Source: Mustelus asterias (lineage: Eukaryota). From it: a stretch of DNA of 64,000 nucleotides. Below the pieces are notes generated by a model that saw nothing but the letters and a program-made list of their open reading frames with translations, did not search any database and was not told the DNA's origin. The stretch is from contig NC_135801.1 in the NCBI RefSeq assembly GCF_964213995.1, forward strand, positions 16,120,001 to 16,184,000, in the 5' to 3' direction. This document shows positions 37,545-51,896 of the stretch, in pieces (position 1 is the first letter of the stretch; every line of letters starts with the position of its first letter). A program made the position numbers and the translations under genes.

Positions 37545-39311
37545 TAGAATTTTATTCAATTCAAATTTCACCATCTGCCATGGTGGGATTTGAATCTAGG
37601 GCCCCAGAGCATTACCCTCTGTCTCTGGATTACTAGTCAGTGACATTACCACTACACCACCGCTTCCCCTAATGACAAGCCTCAGATTGTTAGCCACAGT
37701 TCTGAAGGACAATCCATTAATATCATCACCAACAGTAATTCTTGGACTCATGTTTTCAGAAAATTTTCTTCTGTTGTACAAAATTAGCTGGGGCCACTTG
37801 CTACAGAAGTAGACATGGAACCACAGAATTAATACAGTGCAGAAAGAGGGCATTCGGCCCATCGAGTCTGCACCAACTCTCTGAAAGAGCATCTTACTCA
37901 GCCCACCCTCCCCCCCACCCTGCCGGTGAGTGGCGCTGCGAGGCAGCAGTCGTAACCACTGTGCCACCGTGCTAATATGGTTAAAGGTATAATAAAAGCA
38001 CCCCTTGGCATTCTCAGGTCTTCAAAAATGATAGGAGGACTTTGGCTAATTTTGAAAACAACAAGTTATTTTGCCAACTTATTTGCATTTACCTTCCTTT
38101 ATTTTAAAAAAATTCTGAGGTTTTAACTGAAAGTGCAATGTACTGAATTAATAAAACTAACACACAAAGGCGCTGAAAAAAATAGCATTGTTTACAAAGG
38201 GATCTGAACCAGAAACTGAAATGCTGTGGCTACCAGGTCAGAGGTTGTGCATTCTGTGTCAATTAGCTCAGCTCCACTCCCCAAAGACCCTCTCTGTATC
38301 ACCCAGTCGGGAGAGTGATGGAATAACTTCCATTTGCCCTGAATGGGTAAAGTTGCAGAAACATTCAAGAAGCTTGACATCAGGCAGGACAGAGCAATCC
38401 AGTCAATCAGCATCTCATTCATCAGCTTAAACGTCCACTCCCTCCTTCATCGAGTCATAGAGGTTTCCAGCATGGAAACAGGTCCTTCGGCCCAACTTGT
38501 CCATGCTGCCCAGTTTTTACCACTAAACTAGTCCCAATTGCCTGTATTTGGCCCATATCACTCTATACCCATCTTACCCACCTAACTGTCCAAATGCTTT
38601 TTGAAAGACAAAATTTTACCCGCCTCTACTACCCTAGCAGCTTGTTCCCAGACACTCACACCATCTGAATGAAAATATTGCCCCTTTGGATCCTTTCGTA
38701 TCTTCCCCCTCTCATACCCCCTCTAGTTTTAGACTCCCCTACCTTTGGGAAAAAGATGTTGACTATCTATCTACCTTATCTATGCCCCTCATTATTTTAT
38801 AGACCTCTATAAGATCACCCCTAAGCTAGTATACTGTATATCCAGTGGACACCATCTATCGAATTCACTGCAGCCGGTCACTAAGGCTTCGCGTATAGTA
38901 CCTCTCAAACCTGCAACCTCTATTACCTATAAAGACAAGAGCAGCAGGATCATAGGAACACCACCAACTCCAAGTTCACCTCGAATACGCCATCCTGACT
39001 TGGACATACATTGCTGTTTCTCCATCACTGGGTCAAATTTCTCGAATTCCCTAACAACCAGTATTCACCACATAGTCAGCTGCATGTACAAGAAGGCCCA
39101 TCATCACCTTCTCAGAGGCAAATAGAGATGAGCTTTAAATGATGACCTTGACAGAAAAAAGCATATCCTGAAAATGAATAAAAATGCTATAAGCAAATCC
39201 CTTGTAAAATAGGCATGAACATCAACCTGAGTTAGAAAACCAAACTGATTTGTTCATTTTGAATAGAACTTCAATTCATAAAGGCACAAGTCCCTTGTAT
39301 TATTCACATAC

Positions 39312-39457
39312 TTGCTTAAGTACTTGCAGAGCATCTTGCTCACATTTTCACAATTCTTTTTGGTGGGACAGAACACAAGACAGGAATACTTTGGAATAAC
39401 TTCAGTCACCAGAGCAATTAAGTGATCCGGATCAATCTTCTCCATATTACTTGAATA
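39312..39457 (-). CDS. HELQ: HELQ exon 8
   Basis: [39 protein letters not shown]...; 146 nt. Confidence 0.96.
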
Positions 39458-40961
39458 CTATAAGAAAAACAAAATAAAAATAAATTATGCCATCGTATCC
39501 TTGAGGTGTCACTTAACTCCTTTCTCTCCTTACATTTCTATAAATATTATAGTTGCTAAGGCTTATTTATCCTAATTCCATTTTAACATTGGTACCAAAA
39601 TTGATGGTCTGGACAAATTTAGTTTGTATATAAATTATACATGATTAATACCTTATATTCACAGGATACCCAATTTACAGTGTGTAAAACATGAGAGGAA
39701 CAAATTTATTTATGCACTTGCCAGTTAATTAAATGAATTGAGTTTTTGGCCAGGACAATATGGTGGTGGTGGAGTTGACATGCTCCATGCTGACCCCTGA
39801 GGGCCAAGTGGACTTCTGCCCCTCATTGGGGCAGAAGTCTCACCCTTTGAAGCTGCCAGCCAATCTGTTTGGACAGCAGCTCCATCAGTCTCTGTACTGT
39901 CAGAAAGGTGTCTGTGGCCAATGCCGGGACTGCTGAAAAAGTGGCAGATGGATCCCTGTGCAGGTAAGTCTGGATCTTGGGCCAGGAGGGTTTGGGTAGG
40001 TTAGGGAGAGAGGTAATGGGGACTTTGGGAGGGGTGGGGAGGGGAAGGAGACACAGGCTGGGTTTAAGAGAGAGCCCGGGTAGGAAGGAAGGAAGGAGAG
40101 GTTCAACCTTTAGGGAGCCACCCCGCAATTGACAAAGGCCAGCCCCGAAGTGTGATCCCAAAAGACGTGCTGGTTAGGTGTATTGGCCATGCTAAATTCT
40201 CCCTCAGTGTACCCGAACAGGTGCCGGACTGTGGCGACTAGGGGATTTTCACAATAACTTAATTGCAATGTTAATGTAAGCCTACGTGTGACTAATAAAT
40301 AAAAACTTTAAACTTTCCCTTTCTTCCTTCCCTTTAACCATCTCAGGGAAAATATTGGGCTGCCTGCTCCTGACCGGATGCTCACGCCGAACTTTTTATG
40401 GCATGGGCAGCTTATTATTAGGCTTGTTATCAAGCCAACTGATCCTAATGTACTTACTTAAATATGGCAGATGGGTTGCTGATTTTGGCACCCGCCCACC
40501 ATTTCTTTAATGGGGGTGAGCTCAGGGGTGGGCAGCAAGGTGGTGGGACGGGTGACGGGTGCCTGACAAATTTAATATAACCCCACCGCCCCCCCAGGAA
40601 ACATGTTCTCTGGGGGTATGTAAAATTCATCCCCTTATCACTAAGCAATGAGAGAGAATCTAGCAAATCTGGAATGTGTGCGCTTGGATATATCTTACAC
40701 TCTTTAGGCAGCTGGCGACCCAGTGGCATTGGCAGATACCCAGGAGCTATTCAAAAGCTGCATCATATGAAATATGCACTTCTGAAAGTGGTTACAAACT
40801 TGAACTCTCAGGCTAGGGATGGCAAAACTATATTTGTTTCGTAGTATTGCATGCAACAGTATTATTCCTGTAACTACAGAAACAAGTTTACTTTAGAACT
40901 GAGGTTAAGTATCAAACTGGACACTCTCCCTTTTGAAAGATGAATCAACATTGTACTGTAC

Positions 40962-41060
40962 CTTGTAACTTAATACGCGGGAAAATGTGAAATAGTCTTC
41001 TGATTTGTTGTCTACCTCGTATATGCTATCATGAATTTTGACAAATTCTTTTAACTGAAC
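40962..41060 (-). CDS. HELQ: HELQ exon 7
   Basis: [33 protein letters not shown]; 99 nt; ttttctag acceptor, gtacag donor. Confidence 0.94.
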
Positions 41061-41257
41061 CTAGAAAAAATAATTTTAGTACAGTTTAAAAATAGAAGTG
41101 TTATTGTCCAAACGCACTTACGCCACAAGTTTTTAATCCCCTGTTTATCGAGGGAGAGATACTAGTGATAGCAAAATAAAGTTTTCACCATTTCAACCAT
41201 CAGTTTCAAGCACTCTCAGGTCAAACATAACACAGCCAGAAACATTGTCAGGCTTCT

Positions 41258-41570
41258 GGGCGGCACGGTGGCACAGTGGTTAGCACTGCTGCCTCACAGC
41301 GCCAGGGACCCGGGTTTGATTCCCGGCTTGGGTCATTGTCTGTGCGGAGTCTACACGTTCTCCCTGTGTCTGCGTGGGTTTCCTCTGGATGCACCTGTTT
41401 CCTCCACAGTCCAAAGATGTGCATTGACCATGGTAAATTGCTCCTTCGTGTCAGGGGGATTAGCAGGGTAAATACATGGGGTTACAGGGATAGGGCCTGG
41501 GTGGGATTGTTGTTGGTGCAGGCTCGATGGGCCGAATGGCATCTTTCTACACTGTAGGCACTATGATTCT
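41258..41570 (+). mobile_element. V-SINE, type-A tail
   Basis: gggcggcacggtggcacagtggttagcactgctgcctcacagcgcc head. Confidence 0.92.
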
Positions 41571-41859
41571 GAAATATTCTCAGCTCTAACAATGTGGTTC
41601 AGCTTCAGCCTCAGATCCCTGCCGTACCATAGTGACAATTTTCCATTTCCTACTTCTCTCTGGGAGAGATTGGCAATTGCTGTTAAATACATGTACCTGC
41701 CCACCGGGAGCTGGACTGCGTCTGTTCAAACTAATGTCACAAAAGGGCCTTTCCAGACAGCAGAGGAGATTTTCATCCCTCGGAAATAACTGTGCATCTA
41801 AGTGCATCAGAAGTTTAACCTTTTACTGATAATGTTGCCACGCGTGAACATCAGTAGTA

Positions 41860-43178
41860 GGGAAAATGCCAGAGCCTATTATAAAAGATGTGAAACTGCA
41901 CAATCAGAAAATAATCGTAGCTAGTATGGATTTATGAACGGGAAAAATCATGGCCTTTTTTTGAGAATGTAACTAGCAGAATAAATCGGGGGGAACCAGT
42001 AGATGTGGTGTATTGGATTTTCAGAAAGCTTTCAAGAAGATTTCACACAGGAAGTCACTAAGCAAAATTGGAGCACGTGGGATTGGGAATAATATACTGA
42101 CATGCATTGAAAATTAGTTAACAGCGAGCAAACAGAGTAGGAATAAATGAGCCACTCTCAGTTTGGCAGGCTTTAGCTAGTGTTGTACTGCACGCATCAG
42201 TGTTTGGGCCCCACATATTCACAATCTATATCAATTATTCAGTCTGGGGAGGAAATGTAATATTTCCAAGTTTGCTGATGCACAAAACTAGGTGGGAATG
42301 TGAGTTGTGAGGAGGATGCAAAGAGGCTTCAAGGAGACTTGAACAGGCTAAGTGAGTGGGCAAGAATGTGGGAAATTGAATATAACATGGAAAAATGTGA
42401 AGTTTTCCACTTTGGTAGGAAAAATAGAAGTGCAGGATAATTTTTAAGTGGTGAGAGATTGGGGCATGATGATTTCCAAAGGTATTTGGGTGCCCTTGTC
42501 CATAAGTCACTGAAAGTTAACATGCAGATGCAGCAAGCTATTAGGAAGGCAAATGGTATGTTGACCTTTATTGCAAGACAATTTGAGTACAGCAGTAAAG
42601 AAATATAGCTGCAACTGCACAGAGCCTTGGAGCACTGTGTACCTGGATGCATCTGGAGTATTGTGTACAGTTTTGGTCTCCTTACCAAAGGAAGATTATA
42701 CTTGCATAGAGGGAGTGCAACAACAGTTCACCAGACTGATTCCTGAAAATGTGGGATTATCCTTTGAGAGAAAGTATTCTCCAGCGTTTAGAAGAATGCG
42801 AGGTGAACTCATTGAAGCATACAAATTTCTTACAGAGCTTGACAGAGTAGATGCAGGAAGGATGTTCCTCCTGGCTGGGTGGGATTGGGAAACGGGGACA
42901 CGGCGTCAGGATAAGAGGTAGCCCATTTAGGACCGAGATGAGGAGAACTTTCTTCACTCAGAAGTTAGTGAATCTTTGGAATTCTCTACCCAAGAGGACC
43001 ATGAAGTATCCGTCATTGAGTATGTTCAAGACAGATCGATAGATTTCTAGATTTTATGAATGCATATGGGCACAGTGCAGGAAAACGATGTTGATGGAGA
43101 AGATAAACCATGATCTCATTGAAGGCGGAGCAGTCTCAAGGGACTGAATGACCTTCTCCTGCTCCTATTTCCTATGCT
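41860..43178 (+). mobile_element. Degenerate CR1 LINE fragment
   Basis: Frameshifted RT similarity (gattttcagaaagct, aagtttgctgatg, MRRTFFTQKLVNLWNSLP) plus tail. Confidence 0.88.
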
Positions 43179-44369
43179 CTGAAACCGAATAAAGCATCCT
43201 GGCAGCTGATGTTGGCAGAACAACACTTCTGAAAGTAAAATCAAACCATCTATCTGAACCCTTTAATGAGATTAGTTTACTGTAATTGTTCCATTTTACT
43301 TTTCGTTGCTTTTTGGAAGTCAAACTTTACACCCTCAGGGATCCTCAAACCAGTTGATTTCTCATATTCAGTTACGAAACAGGCTTGGACTTTCATTAAC
43401 TGCCCATGTCATTCTTTAACTATTATCAGAATATCCAAACAACAAAGCTTAGCTTGACTGTTGAAGAAAGCAATAATCTGTGTTATTACAGATCAAGATC
43501 ATTAAAGTCTGGCTCTGCCAATCATCAACCCATTTCCTGATTCCATTCCAACACTTTCTGTTTTGATTCCTGATTATTTTGTTGGTTAGTGAGTGAGTGA
43601 AAACCTATTGATACTGAATCTTTTAAAAAAATGAATTCTGCTCAAATGCATGCATATCACATCCTTGATGTCATTGTGTGCACTGGATGCTGTAACACAG
43701 TGTGCAGGGTGAAGTCACAAATATGATGCACATATATCTTGAGATCGTCAAGATAAGAAATGGCATAGCAGTGATCTTCCCAGCGGCAAATTTTAAATTC
43801 CAGCTGAAATGCAAACTGAGGAACAGTGGCATCATGGCTGATGGGTCTATAGGTAGATGAAGTTGAGAAGCTCGAGGCTTCTACACAAGGTGGTAATGCA
43901 CACCTTCTGGATTTTTTGCCAACATGAGGTTATTAATGGCTCAACAGATAATTCAGTGTATTACATGCAATAAAAAACTCCTTAGCTTATAATTATGACA
44001 GCCTCAGCAATCACCTTTGCTATTTATGTAACAAGCTTGGTGTTTTTGCATTTCTATTCACTCCAATAGCATATTCTGATTCACTGTTTTGTGATTTATC
44101 GACAAATAAATACTGAAAACTCTGCAAATTTCCCAATGATTTCCTCCTGTTTTAATATTAAAAATAGAACCTGAAAATAAGTTATTAAATTGATGAAACA
44201 AAATGATTTTAATGATCCTTGGTTTTGCCTCATCCTCACAACAGTCATACGTTGTCATTATTTATATCCCATTTTTTCTTTTTGCTTTTGTACTTGTGCA
44301 TTGCCTACACAGATGTAAGTTTTAAATTCTTTATTTACTAGTTACAAACTATTACAGGCACACAATTAG

Positions 44370-44770
44370 AAGATTAGAAGGATGAGGAGGGATCTAATTG
44401 AAACTTACAGAATACTGAGAGGCCTAGATAGAGTGGAAGTGGAGACGATGTTTACACGAGTGGGAGAGACTAGAACTCGAGGGCGCAACCTCAGAGTGAA
44501 GGGACGCTCCTTTAAAACTGAGATGAGGAGGAATTTCTTCAGCCAGAGGGTGGTGAATCTGTAGAACCCATTGCCACAGAGGGCTGTGGAGGCCAGGTCA
44601 TTGAGTGTCTTTAAGACAGAGATAGGTATGTTCTTGATGAATAAGGGGATCAAGGGTTACGGGGAGAAGGCAGGAGAATGGGGATGAGAATCATATCAGC
44701 CATGATTGAATGGCAGAGCAGAATCGATGGGTCAAATGGCCTAATTCTGCTCCTATGGTCTTATGTTCTA
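44370..44770 (+). mobile_element. CR1 LINE 3' end
   Basis: MRRDLIETYRILRGLDRV...RNFFSQRVVNL plus tail. Confidence 0.92.
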
Positions 44771-45034
44771 ATACAAAGACAGGTAATTAAGGTGTGTTCT
44801 ACGGAATTCATTTGGAACAAAAGCATGTATCTTTAACAATATATCCCAACTAATATTTGTTATCTCCAAGTTATCTCAAGCAAACATAGCAGTTAAGTAT
44901 TAACTGTTTACATAGACATAAAAAATAACTTAGGACAAGGGAAATGGAAATACAAAGTCTAAATCAGTAATAGATTGTGTGACCAAGTGAAATTTAAATA
45001 CAGATGCAGTTTTATTGTTTTTCATCTTACTTAC

Positions 45035-45132
45035 GGGTCGAAAGTTACTGGTGTAATGTTCTGCCCTCAGAAAGCGCTGCAAATCACTCACATTATTCAG
45101 GGTTGCACTCATTCCAATGATTTGTGTGTTTT
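45035..45132 (-). CDS. HELQ: HELQ exon 6
   Basis: [33 protein letters not shown] (motif III SAT); 98 nt. Confidence 0.96.
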
Positions 45133-45275
45133 CTAGAAATGGGGGCAGATAATGTTGAATATAATGAAATATGTCAGCAGCAGCTATCTTTGAAACTGAA
45201 TCAACTAGCTTTTGTCATAAAATAGTCTCTTAGTTCAATTGTGGGCATGATCTGGTTACTAACGATGAACACTTT

Positions 45276-45930
45276 GGGTGGAATTTTCCTGTCCTGCCCG
45301 TCACTGGAACCGTAGTGGGTGGGATAGGAACATTCTCTCTTCCACCTTCTTCCATTGGGAAAATGATACAAAAGTCTGAGGTCATGTACCAACCGACTCA
45401 AGAACCATAAGACACAAGCAGAATTAGGCTACTTGGCCCATCGAGTCTGCTCCGCCATTCAATCATGGCTGATATTTTTCTCATCTCCATTCTCCTGCCT
45501 TTTCCCCATAACCCCTGATCCCTTTATTAATCAAGAATGTATCTATCTCTGTCTTGAAGACACTCAATGACCTGGTCTCTACAACCTGCTGCAGCAAAAT
45601 GTTCCAGAAATTCACCACTCTCTGGCTGACGAAATTCCTCCTCAGAACAGCTTCTTCCCTGCTGCCATCAGACTTTTAAATGGACCTACCTCACAATAAG
45701 TTGATCTTTCTCTACACCCTAGCTATGACTGTAACTCTACATTCTGCACTCTCTCGTTTCCTTCTCTATGAATGGAATGCTTTGTCTGTGTAGCGCGCAA
45801 GAAACAAAACTTTTCACTGTATGTTAATACAAGTGACAATAATAAATCAAATCAAATCAAAAATGCAAAGGTCCGTTGACCTCGGGCGGATTTTTCAGTC
45901 ATGGGGTAAACACAGTGGAAAATCTCGCCT
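45276..45930. mobile_element. Nested cluster: MITE > Rex1-like LINE end (+) > CR1 end (-, ~45405-45642)
   Basis: Rex1 sequence breaks at ...ctcaagaac and resumes at cagaacagcttcttcc; MITE halves match 10951-11160. Confidence 0.8.
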
Positions 45931-47432
45931 TTGAGTGTGTAATCCCTCTCTGTGGACTTCCCTGCATGATGCCTTAATGAGATTACTGGTTTGTATGAGA
46001 AAGAAAAATTGCAAGTTCTTTTTATTTTTGAGTAACAAAATTTTCTATTTTCATCATTTTAAAATATATCATGCTTCTGCAATTAACTAACCTCAGCAGT
46101 GGCGACTGTGAATTTTTAAAATAAAAACCCAACTGGTTCACTAATGTCCTTTTGAGAAGGAAATCTGCTCTCTTTACCTAGCCCGACCTATATGTGCGTG
46201 TGCGAATGCGTGTGCAGGTGTGTGTGTGGAGAGAGAGAGAGCCGTGCCTAACAAGGAGGCCTCTGATGGAGCCAGGCTAAAAATTGAGGCTGGGTGGGAA
46301 ATGGCCCTAAAGTGGCTGATAATTGGCCAGTTAAGGGCCTCAATTGGGGCAAGTGTTTCAAAAACAACTATTTTCACAGTAGCTGCAGAGGGCGGATTAT
46401 TAACATAGGAATAAATAGGGGTAGAAGAGACCACTGTGGTGTACTGGTTGGTCACAATGTTAAAGATATGCAATGGTATATTCAAATTCTCAGACTCCCA
46501 GGTCCCTGTCTCGGCCAAAAATCTGTTCAGTTCCTTCTTGAAACTTTCAGCATTACTGTGTCACTCTGAGTACTCAAATTTGGATCCTAAGTGTAGGCAC
46601 AATTTCTGCATCAATCTTTTAAATGGATGGCTCTTGGTAATGTCAATCAGGTCATAAAGTGAACTGAAGCATAACGATGGAGTCATCCATCTATCAGGAG
46701 GGGTTGAGGAAGGGCTAATGGCCATTGGTTGCTACGAGCAGTGTGATTGTAAGTGGGACAAAGATTATAGTAAAAAATTTAAAATCGCAGAAGAATTTAA
46801 TAGGTGGTGTTATAAATGAGAATATCCCCCTCTCGCAACATATTATTTATTCCAGGCCACCTTGGGAGGGAAAAACTGGAGGCAAAATTATTTTTTGTCA
46901 GAGTCACAGAGTACCACAGTGCAGAAGAGGCCCTTCGACCCATCGAGTCTGCACCGACGCACGAAATGCCCTGACCTGCCCATCTAATCCCACTTGCCAG
47001 CACTTGGCCCAGAGCCTTGAATGTTATGGCATGCCAAGTACTCATCCAGGTACTTTTTAAAAGGATGTGAGGCATCCCGCCTCCACCACCCTCCCAAGCA
47101 GTGCATTCCAGGCTGTCACCACCCTCTGAGTAAAAAGGTTTTTCCTCAAATCCTCCCTAAACTTCCTACCCCTCACTTTTAACTTGTGTCCCAACTGTCA
47201 TCAACTTGTCGCCTAGTGACACATCTTGATCAGATTATTAATCTTTAACAGCTTCAGCCAAATTAAGAAAACATGTCGCATGTGTTGTTTGTGACAGATG
47301 TTGGCGGTCATATATTCAACAGATAAATTAGTGACCAAAAGGCTAAATGGAAGGAACGGTCATGAACTCAAGGAGGTAGGAACAAATTAAAACATAAAAA
47401 TGCTCCAAAGTGCAAGTATTGGTATTACTTAC

Positions 47433-47505
47433 TGCTTGTGTAGAGGATTTTAGACAATACCATCTCTAATATAGCTCCGCGGCTTCCTTCCCCAAGCATG
47501 TGCAG
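47433..47505 (-). CDS. HELQ: HELQ exon 5
   Basis: LHMLGEGSRGAILEMVLSKILYTS completes the DELH box; 73 nt; cgtag acceptor, gtaagt donor. Confidence 0.96.
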
Positions 47506-48856
47506 CTACGTTAGAAAGAAAAGCAATTACATCACATTATTAGAAAGTAGAAGTGAGGTAGAATAATGATCTAAGATATTTCAGAAAAGAGGAAAACTAG
47601 ACATCATGCATTAGTGACACATCATTGTTGAATGAATTGAACAAAAAACAAAGAAAATTACAGCACAGGAACAGGCCCTTCGGCCCTCCAAGCCTGCACC
47701 GACTATGCTGCCCGTCTGAACTAAAACCCCCTACCCTTCCGGGGACCATATCCCTCTATTCCCAATTCTATTCATGTATTTGTCAAGATGCCCCTTAAAA
47801 GATTGGTGTTGAGAACATCTTTAAAAAGACAGGAGACAGAGGGCTGATGACCCAGGAAGTACAGTCTTTCCCAAGAGATCACATGACTGCTGGTGGATGG
47901 GAAAAATCAAAGCTCTTGATGTGACAAAAGAGAGATGGTGGCGTAGTGGTAAGGTCACTGAACTAGCAATCCAGAGGCCTTGGCTAATGTCCTGGGGACA
48001 TGGGTTCAAATCCCACCGTGGCAGCTGGCGGAATTTAAATTCAGTTAATAAATCTGGAAATATAAAGCTTGTTTCAGTAAAGAGACCATGACGTGATCAT
48101 CGTTTATTATAAAAACCCATCTGATTCACTCATGTCCTTCTTACCTGGTCTGGCCTACATGCAACTCCAGATCCCCCACAACAATGTGGTTGATTCTTAA
48201 CCACCCTGTGAAATGGGAAATTAGGGATGGGCACCAAATGCTCACATTCCATGAAAGAATTTTTAAAAATGACAGAGTGGAACAGACTCAATGGACAATG
48301 GTATTGTCCATCTTGTTCAGACAACTGAAAACTGTCATCAACACTGAAGTAAATACAACAGTGGCTAGGAATGATGAGCTTGGGCTGAGTAGAGAAGGTG
48401 GACTGGAGAGGATCTGTTGATAAGTATGGGAATTTTGGAATCAATGGTTGGTAAATGTTGAGGCAATCGGGAGCCAATATAAGTCTCTAAGAATTGTAGT
48501 GGGGGGCAATTGGGATACATTCGAAGACAGGATTCAGGGATGTAAAATTGTCAAAATTAAATCTCATAGGTTTAGAACAGAGGGAAAGAGAAACTGCCTG
48601 GGATTTTCCAGTCCTATGTCGGGGGGTTCCTCCCATGACAGACATGGCAAACCATTTAAATGACCACTGACTTTGGCAAAAATGGAAAATCCCACCGGCA
48701 GGAGGGGCTGGAAAATTCCGGCCTATGAGGCTGCGCAATTAATCCCCGGATTAATGATTAAGATAGAAACCATGTTCAAGATTAGACTGGATAGGCTGAA
48801 TAAAGAAAAGATGATTAAATAATATGATAACAAGGTGGGGAGTTGTGATTTGGACT

Positions 48857-49012
48857 GGGGTGGCAGGGTGGCACAGTGGTTAGCACTGCTGCCTCACAGC
48901 ACCAGGAACCCAGGGTTTGATTCCTGGCTTGGGTCACTGTCTGTGTGGAGTCTGCACATTCTCCCCGTGTCTGCGTGGATTTCCTCCGAGTGCTCCGGTT
49001 TCTTCCCACAGC
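48857..49012 (+). mobile_element. V-SINE 5' part
   Basis: Head and V-domain only. Confidence 0.85.
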
Positions 49013-49717
49013 TCTTGGTATAATCTTCTGGTCGTGCAAAAGTCTCCAGGTTTTTATGTGGCTCGCCTGCCTTGCTGTCAGCAGACCCGCTGTGGGGGAC
49101 CAACTTTGGTGGGACTGGAAGACCCACTGGAAGGAGGGGGCCAGAAAATCCCACGCTAAATTTAATCTTTTACCCTTCTCCCCCCCCCCCACCCCCCCCC
49201 CACGCTAAATTTAATCTTTTACCCTTCCCCCCCCCCCCCCCCCCCAAAAGGTTTCCCACCTTCCATGTCCATTGCAGCTGGGGAAAATTATAAACAGACT
49301 GTGGTAGAAGCAAGATCCTGCCCCATTCTATCTTGCACATATTAAAATAGACTCGCGTATTTTGACTTTTAACTGGAGTCCTCGTAAACTACTTGTAAAA
49401 GTCTCCTGTCCCAACCAAACTTAGAGATTTAGCTGCCAAGGAGCTTGCATGCAGCTTTGTATAGAGACTAGTAAAGACACCATTAACTATCCTGCTTCCT
49501 TTTGAAGGAAGCTTGTCTCTGTTTCTGCTTCCCTACGGAGTACAGATAAGGTTAGGAGTCTGTCAAAGGGCCTTTGAATTTGCATCCATCCACTCGCTTT
49601 ATTGCTGTTTCAATGTGCTGGCTGTCGAGTCTACATTTGTAGTTTCAACTTTTTTTCGATTCTATGGACAAAATGAATGAACTGGATAATCAATATGGCA
49701 ACAATCAATAAGCTTAC

Positions 49718-49918
49718 CTCGTCTACTACAACAAGTCCCAAACTATTAATTCTTTCTGTTTCTATTAGGGAATTCACCAAACTATGGGCCTTCTCAATGG
49801 TGGCAATGTACAGAGATTTCTTCCGTCTACGCTTGATTGGAGGGAACTTGCCTTTGCTTCCAGCATATTCTTCCACCAAGAAATCAAATTCTATTCCAAA
49901 AGATGAAAGTCCTCGTAC
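49718..49918 (-). CDS. HELQ: HELQ exon 4
   Basis: [10 protein letters not shown]...[13 protein letters not shown]...[16 protein letters not shown]...LGLVVVDE; 201 nt. Confidence 0.97.
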
Positions 49919-50963
49919 CTAAAGGGAGCAAACAAAAACCTTTTGCTAATTATTGCTTTAAAGTTAAGTTATCAAATACAACATGCTTTTCCCCAATTCT
50001 CACTCATTCAATTTGCTCTACTGAAGTACATTGGTTCAATAGTCGACGCATTTGTCTAAGAAGATCAGTAATGTTGGTCCATAGTCAACCTTTCTGGTAT
50101 GTGTAAATTTTTTAGGGTGTACTAGTTGGTTTTAGTCAGTGCAAACTCGAATACTGAATGGTTTCCTTCTGCACTGTAGGGATTCTATTGAGTCCCTCAT
50201 GGTTGGGATTTGAGCTAGAGACTCTAGCCTAGTAGATCAACACAAAAAAGGTGTCCCCTCAGTCCCCAGTATTTCATTTTTGGTGATCCTATCACATCTG
50301 TAGTATGTGGAGTACACAATGTATGAAGAGGAATTTTGGTATGTATGCTTTGTAAGTCACTATGATATTCTGTCAAATATAGTCACATATACATTGTCTT
50401 ACTCTGATGTTATATTGCTATTCGCATTAATAGGGATTTTGGATATAACTTACATAACTCCTGACTGCGCTAAAAGCAAGAGAACCAAGGTCAACACTGG
50501 AGCTTCTCAAAGCGTAAGTGCAAATCAGTGCAAAGGCATGGAACATCTGGGAGATTATTAAATTTCATTTCCCTGACATTAAAATGTAATAAGTGGGGGT
50601 TCTGTGGATGTACGTGGGGTGTAACACAAAACCAGCAGCATAACTCAGAAAGGCAAACTCAATGCACAACTACCAGGTCTGCATTGCACTCTAAGTGTAC
50701 CAGTCTGAGATTGATATCTTAAAAGACATCTTAATTGAAGCAGGTAATGTGAACCCAACGGTACTTGTGTTGCCTGAAGGACAAATAAATTTACCAGTGC
50801 CTTAATCATAATTACGCAAGGACAAATTGATTGAATAAAAATCTACAGGCTAATAATCACATTTATACAGTTTTTATGGAATTCCAAATACATTTCTATT
50901 TTTTCATGCAAGATTTGTAATAAAATGCACTTTGGTAATAACCACTGGCCTAGGTAAAATGTC

Positions 50964-51499
50964 TTGCATTTATATAGCATCTTTCATAATCTCAGGACCC
51001 CAAAGGGTTTTACAACCAATCTGAAGTGTTGTCCCTGTCGTAATGTAAGAAATACAATCAATTTGTGCTCCCACAAACAGCAATGTGAAAATGACGAGAT
51101 AATCTGATTTCATAATGTTGATTGAGGAATAAATATTGGCCAGGACACCAGGGATAGCTCCCCAGGTCCTCTGTGAAGTAGTGCTATGGGATCTAATATG
51201 TCCACCTTCAACAGCAGACGAGGCTTGGTTTAACACCTCACCCAAAAGATGTCAGATGAGATTCTCCGGCCTCCCAGCTGTGTGTTTCCCGCCGGCTGGA
51301 GGAGTTGTTTGCGAGCAGTGGGATACTCTGGTCCTGCTGCTGTCAATGGCAATTCCTGTCACCTCTGACAGTGCAGCACTCCCTCAGTGCATTTGGAATG
51401 TCAGTCTTGATTTTGTGCTCAAGTCTCTGGAGTGAGACTTATCAACTCACAACCTTCTGACTCAGAGATGTGAGTGTTGCCAACTGAGCCACTGCTGAC
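50964..51499 (-). mobile_element. DeuSINE (SacSINE1/AmnSINE1-like); relatives at ~5135-5700, 21390-21700, 56765-57390
   Basis: gcatttatatagc...ctcccacaaacagcaatg...taaatattggccaggacacc...cagtgcagcactccctcag...ttctgactcagag, recognised from memory of the Deu-domain consensus. Confidence 0.7.
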
Positions 51500-51717
51500 A
51501 AGAGAGTGATTTAAGAACCTGGTACCCACTGATCGACACTTGTATTAGAATATTCTTTTCGAAAGCTGTGAATACAGAATTTGTGGGATAACTAAGTCTG
51601 ATGCACCAACGAATAGCTTTCTTAAAGACCAATTCTCGAAGATTTCCTCTATGTTATTTTAGAGTGCAGCATTAACTTACAGAACTGCATCTTTAGTTAA
51701 TGAACACTTTTTCTCAC

Positions 51718-51896
51718 CTTTTCCTGGACAAGAGCTACATATGGTAAAACAAACAGAACATCATTCTTCCTGCACAGGAGTTCCTGCATGAACAAAATCT
51801 CAGCAACCAGTGTCTTCCCACCACTTGTTGGCAGTGAATAAATTAGATTTTTTCTTTCCTGCACAGATTCCAACGTCAAGCAAGTATGTTGCCACT
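51718..51896 (-). CDS. HELQ: HELQ exon 3 (Walker A)
   Basis: EWQHTCL...[19 protein letters not shown]...[10 protein letters not shown]; AG/GT boundaries, 179 nt. Confidence 0.97.

Noticed and set aside
41258-41335. tRNA genes (here and at other SINE heads)
   Set aside because: A/B boxes run straight into SINE bodies, with no complete cloverleaf or acceptor stem
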